Assembly: GCA_020201415.1 (NCBI GenBank)
Contig: JAIVGW010000228.1
Location: 1-32,103 of the forward strand
DNA: 32,103 nucleotides
Source: Lentisphaerota bacterium
Lineage (GTDB): Bacteria; Verrucomicrobiota; Kiritimatiellia; JAAZAB01
Direction of reading: 5' to 3'
Of the stretch, positions 28,238-32,103 are shown piece by piece. Below the pieces are notes generated by a model, which was not told where the DNA came from, ran no database searches, and saw only the letters and a list, made by a program, of their open reading frames with translations. The position numbers were made by a program, and so were the translations under genes. Position 1 is the first letter of the stretch; every line of letters begins with the position of its first letter.

Positions 28238-28267
28238 GCTCCTTTTTCCACGATTTATGTTCAAGAG

Positions 28268-28301
28268 TCCGGATGGTTGCATCGAAGCGCAACCATCCGG
28301 A
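28268..28301. repeat. Perfect 13-bp inverted repeat (stem-loop) between the aminotransferase and dehydrogenase genes
   Basis: TCCGGATGGTTGC (28268-28280) and GCAACCATCCGGA (28289-28301) are separated by 8 nt. No U-tract follows on either strand. Confidence 0.6.
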
Positions 28302-28368
28302 GTAAAACCACAGCGGTTTGTGTCAATATTTGGAGGGTTTTGCTTCGTCAAAACCGTCCCGGGCCGGA

Positions 28369-29697
28369 TCAGGACGCGCCGTACAGCTTGGCATCGCCAC
28401 CGGGATAAATCTTGTCGTCGGCGTGCTTCAACACGGTGTCGAGATCGCCAAAGACCTTTTGGAAGACCGCTACGATCTTCTCCATCAAGTCGCGACCGTT
28501 CGGCGCATGAATACCGTGGATGACGGTATAGGTATCGCACAGCATCTGGGCCACCGGGTAATTCTCTATACTGTAATCATACTTGATGCCCTTGGCCTCG
28601 TTGACCGACCAGGGATGGCCCGTGGCGCCGTAGCCAAGCTTGCTCTGGAACAGATCCTGCGCCGGCACCGGCATGGTCTGCCACTGACCGACCAGCATGC
28701 CCTCCTTGTAAAGCGCCTTTTCAATAGCCTCGCGGAAGCGGCGCGGCTCGCACTTGACGCCGGCCGCCTCGGGATCGAAACGCACGTTGTACATGAAATA
28801 CACATGACGGCAATCCGGCGGGCAGTAAGGCGGAATCACGCCGGGAATCTTGGCGAGCTCACGCGACAGGTACTCGGCATTTTCAATGCGCACGGCGTTG
28901 AGTTCATCCAGATGCATCAGCTGGGCACGGGCATGCGCGGCCGGCAGCTCCTGATTGCGGTACATGTAGCCCAGGATCGAGGCATTGTATTTGCGACGGT
29001 GAGTTTCCTCGTCAACTTCGTCGCCGAAGCAGCGGATCAGGATACCCTTGTTCAGGATATCTTCATCATCGGTGATAAACAAACCGCCTTCACCGCCACA
29101 CAGGTTTTTGAAGTTGTTCAAGCTGAAAGCGCCGACATGCCCGAAAGTGCCGACATGTTTGCCCTTGTACAGAGCGCCATGCGCCTGGCAGGAATCCTCG
29201 ATCACCACCAGATTGTGCTTTTTGGCAATTGCCATGATCTTGTCCTTCTCGCAGGGGCAGCCCTGGATATCAACCGGGATAATGGCCTTGGTACGCGGGG
29301 TTATGGCCGCCTCAAGCTTGTCGGGATCGATGCAGTAGGTCCTGGGATCGATGTCGACAAATACCGGGATGGCATTCTGGTGAATCGCGCAGGAAGCCGA
29401 CGCCAGAAAGGTGAAGGCCGAAGTGATCACTTCATCGCCGGGGCCGACGCCGGTGGCCGCCAGGGCCATGTGCAGGGCCGCCGTGCCGCTGCAGGTAGTC
29501 AAACAGTGCTTGGCGCCGGTGTAGGCGGCCCATTCCTTTTCCAAAGCCGATACCTGGGGGGCGGTGCCGCCGGCCACAATCCCGCTTTCCAACACATCGT
29601 TTACCAGGCGGCGATCGTCATCCGTAATCACCGGCCAGTTTTTGTAATTACTCCGCTCCAGAATCCCGCTGCCTCCGTCAATTGCCAGCTTTTCCAT
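28369..29697 (-). CDS. DegT/DnrJ/EryC1/StrS family PLP-dependent aminotransferase
   Basis: 442 aa with AAGGAGAG upstream. TCSGTAALHMAL, DEVITSAFTF and the PLP-lysine context FSLNNFKNLCGGEGG are typical of the family. Confidence 0.9.
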   Translation of the reverse strand: MEKLAIDGGSGILERSNYKNWPVITDDDRRLVNDVLESGIVAGGTAPQVSALEKEWAAYTGAKHCLTTCSGTAALHMALAATGVGPGDEVITSAFTFLASASCAIHQNAIPVFVDIDPRTYCIDPDKLEAAITPRTKAIIPVDIQGCPCEKDKIMAIAKKHNLVVIEDSCQAHGALYKGKHVGTFGHVGAFSLNNFKNLCGGEGGLFITDDEDILNKGILIRCFGDEVDEETHRRKYNASILGYMYRNQELPAAHARAQLMHLDELNAVRIENAEYLSRELAKIPGVIPPYCPPDCRHVYFMYNVRFDPEAAGVKCEPRRFREAIEKALYKEGMLVGQWQTMPVPAQDLFQSKLGYGATGHPWSVNEAKGIKYDYSIENYPVAQMLCDTYTVIHGIHAPNGRDLMEKIVAVFQKVFGDLDTVLKHADDKIYPGGDAKLYGAS

Positions 29698-29764
29698 CTC
29701 CGCTCTCCTTTTTGGGCGGCCGGCCGGGGGTTGCCCATCCGGACCGCGGTTAATATGACCGAAT

Positions 29765-30496
29765 CTAAATTCCGCCGAACCTCCGGCTGTAGCCGCGGTC
29801 CTCTATCCGTGAAATTGATTTGAATTGATAAAACTCATGCCGGTAGTAGCTGACGAACAGAGCCAACACAGTCCCACCCACCAGATACACCAGGTTGGTT
29901 TCCTTCAGCAGCGGGGCGCCGGGAGGCACTGCCAGCCATTCCGTCACCGGGGCGGCGGCCGGCAGCGACTCCAACGCCTGGCTTTCGTAATCCAGAGGCA
30001 GTTTGTGCACGGCATACAACCGCTCCAGGAAATCAAAATCGCGCAATTCCTGTTCCTGCAACATGTCGGCAAATGCCGCCGGCACCACCACTTCGTCCAC
30101 GGCCGTGACCGCTTCACCGAGAAAATCAAACCGGCGGGCAAACAAAACGCGCCCACCGGGCGGTATGCCGAGCTGGATGGCCTGCTCGCGTACCGAAGGT
30201 TGATACTGGCAGACTTTGAGCACGCGCCGCAACTCCGGCGCATGCCGTATGATACTGGCGGAATAATCGCCATTGACTATGGGAATACGGCGGCTGGGAT
30301 GCAGATTGACGAACAGGTCTGAGCAAACCGCCACCCCTGAATTCTGAGCCTCGCAGGTTTCTTGTGTGTTGACTTCAAGCTCAAACTCCTGGGCGACGAG
30401 GATCGGGACGAAGATCAAGACGAAGATAAGCCCGACGAAGATCGAGACGAAGATATCCGTACAGCTACATCGTCCCCGATCCTCGTCGTTCCCCAT
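29765..30496 (-). CDS. UTRA (GntR/HutC effector-binding) domain protein lacking the winged-HTH; only ~29765-30314 is family-like
   Basis: FVNLHPSRR...UTRA-like sequence...YRHEFYQFKSISR matches the C-terminal two-thirds of HutC-type regulators. The N-terminal ~60 codons of the open frame (MGNDEDRG...IFVLIFV...) merely read through a repeat array. There is no DNA-binding domain and no credible start. Confidence 0.55.
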   Translation of the reverse strand: MGNDEDRGRCSCTDIFVSIFVGLIFVLIFVPILVAQEFELEVNTQETCEAQNSGVAVCSDLFVNLHPSRRIPIVNGDYSASIIRHAPELRRVLKVCQYQPSVREQAIQLGIPPGGRVLFARRFDFLGEAVTAVDEVVVPAAFADMLQEQELRDFDFLERLYAVHKLPLDYESQALESLPAAAPVTEWLAVPPGAPLLKETNLVYLVGGTVLALFVSYYRHEFYQFKSISRIEDRGYSRRFGGI

Positions 30497-30643
30497 CTTC
30501 GTCGTTCAATGACTCAACCATACACGTAACATCAAGCAAAACACACACGAAATTCTGCCGTCAGCCACTCTCAGAAAACTCCTGAAAACATTGACTTTCT
30601 TGAAAATACCGCTTCGGGGGGGGGTGGCGGTTTGCTCAGACCT
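30315..30643. repeat. ~330-bp foldback element with perfect 23-bp terminal inverted repeats
   Basis: AGGTCTGAGCAAACCGCCACCCC (30315-30337) is the exact reverse complement of GGGGTGGCGGTTTGCTCAGACCT (30621-30643). Internal arms are also inverted: TTCTGAG...TTTCTTGTGTGTT at ~30341-30385 against AACACACACGAAA...CTCAGAA at ~30527-30575. GACGARGAT arrays occur in both orientations around ~30463. Confidence 0.7.
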
Positions 30644-30664
30644 CTGCTGGAGCGGTTTTTTAGC

Positions 30665-30693
30665 TTGTATAAACCATCTACTGCTGCTACTAT
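30665..30693 (+). promoter_or_regulatory. Candidate promoter for rpsB-tsf
   Basis: TTGTAT (30665-30670), a 17-nt spacer, then TACTAT (30688-30693). The ~145-nt leader contains a 7-bp GC hairpin, GCCCGCC-GGTTTT-GGCGGGC (30746-30765). Sequence match only. Confidence 0.3.
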
Positions 30694-30840
30694 TGTAAAA
30701 CTACGGTCAGGTGATGATTTCATCATGCCTGGCTCCGTGGACCCGGCCCGCCGGTTTTGGCGGGCAGAAGCGAGCGTCGTCACTCCGGACGGCCAAAGCG
30801 GATTGTCCCATATGAACGGGACCAGATCAAGGAGGTAGTC

Positions 30841-31818
30841 GTGTCGGAAGCATTTGTTGAAAGCAAGGCGGAAACAAGCATCGGTGTCAAGGAATTACTG
30901 GACGCCGGCATGCATTTCGGACACCAGAGCAAACGCTGGAACCCGAAAATGAAGCGCTTTATCTTCGGTAAGCGCAACGGCATCTATATCATTGACTTGA
31001 CAAAAACATTGCTGCAACTCAAGGAAGCGCAGCAATTTATTTACAACACCGTGGCCGCCGGCAAGAGCGTGTTGTTTGTGGGCACCAAGAAGCAGTCCCA
31101 GGATGCCATCAAGGAAACCGCTCTGCGCTGCGGTCAGCATTACATAAACAGCCGCTGGCTGGGCGGTATGTTGACCAATCATCAGAACATCCGCGTCAGT
31201 ATCCGACGCATGCAGCAAATCGAGGAGATGGAAGAAAAAGGGCTGATGGACGGCATGCCGCAGAAGGAAGTCTCCCGTCTGCGCCATGAGCTGGCCCGGC
31301 TGCAGCGCTTTCTCATTGGCCTGAACAAAATGTCCGGCATGCCCGGCGCATTGGTGATCATTGATGTCAACCGGGAGGCCATTGCCGTACAGGAAGCCAA
31401 CCGCATGGGCATTCCAGTAGTGGCGACGGTCGATACCAATTGCGACCCTGATCCCATCGCCTATCCCATCCCCGGCAATGACGATTCCGTGCGCGCCGTA
31501 CGTTTGGTGTTGAATATTCTGGCGGAAGCCATTACCGATGCCTCGGCGGAATATGCCGCGACAGCCGCATTACGCCAGGCGGAACAGGCGGCCAAGGCCG
31601 AGGAACAGGCCGCCCGACCGGCAGCCCGCGGTGATGATGACACCGATGGCGCTGATGGCGAACGCGGACGCCGTGATAGGCGTCCGCGGCGCTCCGGCAT
31701 GTCAGGCGGACCGCGTCAAGGTGGACGCCGGGCTCCGACCGGCAATGCCCCGACAGCCGCAGCTCCCGCTCCCGCTCCAACTCCCGCGCCCGCGCCGGCT
31801 GACACGCAGGCCGGCTGA
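30841..31818 (+). CDS. rpsB: 30S ribosomal protein S2 with a long low-complexity C-terminal extension
   Basis: GTG start at 30841 has AGGAGG 5 nt upstream. LLDAGMHFGHQSKRWNPKM...IYIIDL...FVGTKKQ...RWLGGMLTN...IDTNCDPD is canonical S2. The track ORF start at 30757 is upstream of the RBS. Confidence 0.95.
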   Translation: MSEAFVESKAETSIGVKELLDAGMHFGHQSKRWNPKMKRFIFGKRNGIYIIDLTKTLLQLKEAQQFIYNTVAAGKSVLFVGTKKQSQDAIKETALRCGQHYINSRWLGGMLTNHQNIRVSIRRMQQIEEMEEKGLMDGMPQKEVSRLRHELARLQRFLIGLNKMSGMPGALVIIDVNREAIAVQEANRMGIPVVATVDTNCDPDPIAYPIPGNDDSVRAVRLVLNILAEAITDASAEYAATAALRQAEQAAKAEEQAARPAARGDDDTDGADGERGRRDRRPRRSGMSGGPRQGGRRAPTGNAPTAAAPAPAPTPAPAPADTQAG

Positions 31819-31917
31819 TATTGTCGCAAACGGCGGGCACGCTTAAATAACGAGCGTGCGCCGAATTTATAACTGCTGTCGGCTGTTGTGCCGTCCGCTT
31901 TAAGAAAGGAAAATTAC

Positions 31918-32103
31918 ATGGAAATTTCCGCGAAACTAGTCAAGGAATTACGCGATGCCACCAATGTCGGCATGATGGAATGCAAACGCGCCCTGGTAGA
32001 GGCCGGTGGCGACAAGGCCGCTGCCATTAAATTGCTGCGTGAACGCGGTCTGGCAATTGCCGAAAAGAAATCCGGTCGGGCCGCTAATCAAGGAGTCATC
32101 GAC
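31918..32103 (+). CDS. tsf: Elongation factor Ts, N-terminal 62 codons (runs off the right edge)
   Basis: ATG at 31918 follows [72 protein letters not shown] is the conserved EF-Ts UBA-like N-terminus, in the canonical rpsB-tsf order. It is not in the ORF track because no stop lies within the window. Confidence 0.9.
   Translation, partial: MEISAKLVKELRDATNVGMMECKRALVEAGGDKAAAIKLLRERGLAIAEKKSGRAANQGVID

Noticed and set aside
30395-30503. Possible CRISPR array.
   Set aside because: The repeat unit is only 9 bp with 3-6 bp between copies, the orientation is mixed, there are no spacer-sized unique segments, and no cas genes are present in the window.
30338-30783. The N-terminal ~60 codons of ORF 29765..30496 (MGNDEDRG...IFVLIFV) and ORF 30571..30783 (-).
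   Set aside because: Both read through the 9-mer array or the foldback element. Their composition reflects the repeat, not a protein, and neither has a wHTH or any other domain.
31834-31863. Hairpin between rpsB and tsf (GCACGCT-N9-AGCGTGC plus 3 extra bp), considered as a terminator or attenuator.
   Set aside because: The stem is real, but it is followed by AATTTATAA rather than a U-tract. rpsB-tsf is normally co-transcribed, and there is not enough evidence to call a terminator.

Overview
GC-rich (about 60% by eye) bacterial chromosomal segment. The gene content (DUF4838, FG-GAP propeller, stand-alone secretin, S2 with a long low-complexity tail, many ATGA-coupled genes) suggests the PVC superphylum, but that is only a guess. 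I can support about 30 protein genes. Left to right they are: a GH1 5' end (-); a NagB-like isomerase (+); a minus-strand ATGA-coupled operon (ABC ATPase, permease, conserved membrane-anchored protein, 57-aa ORF, 451-aa unknown); a split DUF4838 gene; corA; an lplT-aas lysophospholipid recycling pair; a plus-strand paaK - ACT - paaK-paralogue - 575-aa unknown operon; a secretin; a GNAT; a BFN/UVR nuclease; an FG-GAP propeller protein; helD; a minus-strand cluster (UTRA-only regulator remnant, DegT aminotransferase, Zn-ADH, DHDPS-family aldolase, two paralogous small Cys proteins); and rpsB with the start of tsf. I saw no rRNA, tRNA, CRISPR, transposase, integrase or recognisable defence genes. 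Three things are not explained by the ORF list. (1) There are two non-coding palindromic elements: a ~107-bp MITE-like hairpin with 11-bp flanking direct repeats at 8.1 kb, and a ~330-bp foldback at 30.3-30.6 kb with perfect 23-bp terminal inverted repeats and an internal GACGARGAT 9-mer array. (2) At least seven conserved genes each lack an internal conserved block, six of them with a frame switch, at 2.6-3.9 kb intervals. This looks more like collapsed assembly gaps than biology and should be resolved before any functional claim. (3) Two candidate uncharacterised modules stand out: paaK-ACT-paaK with a translationally coupled transglutaminase-like-looking protein, and the ABC operon with conserved unknown partners. 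All family assignments rest on motif recognition from memory. No searches were run.
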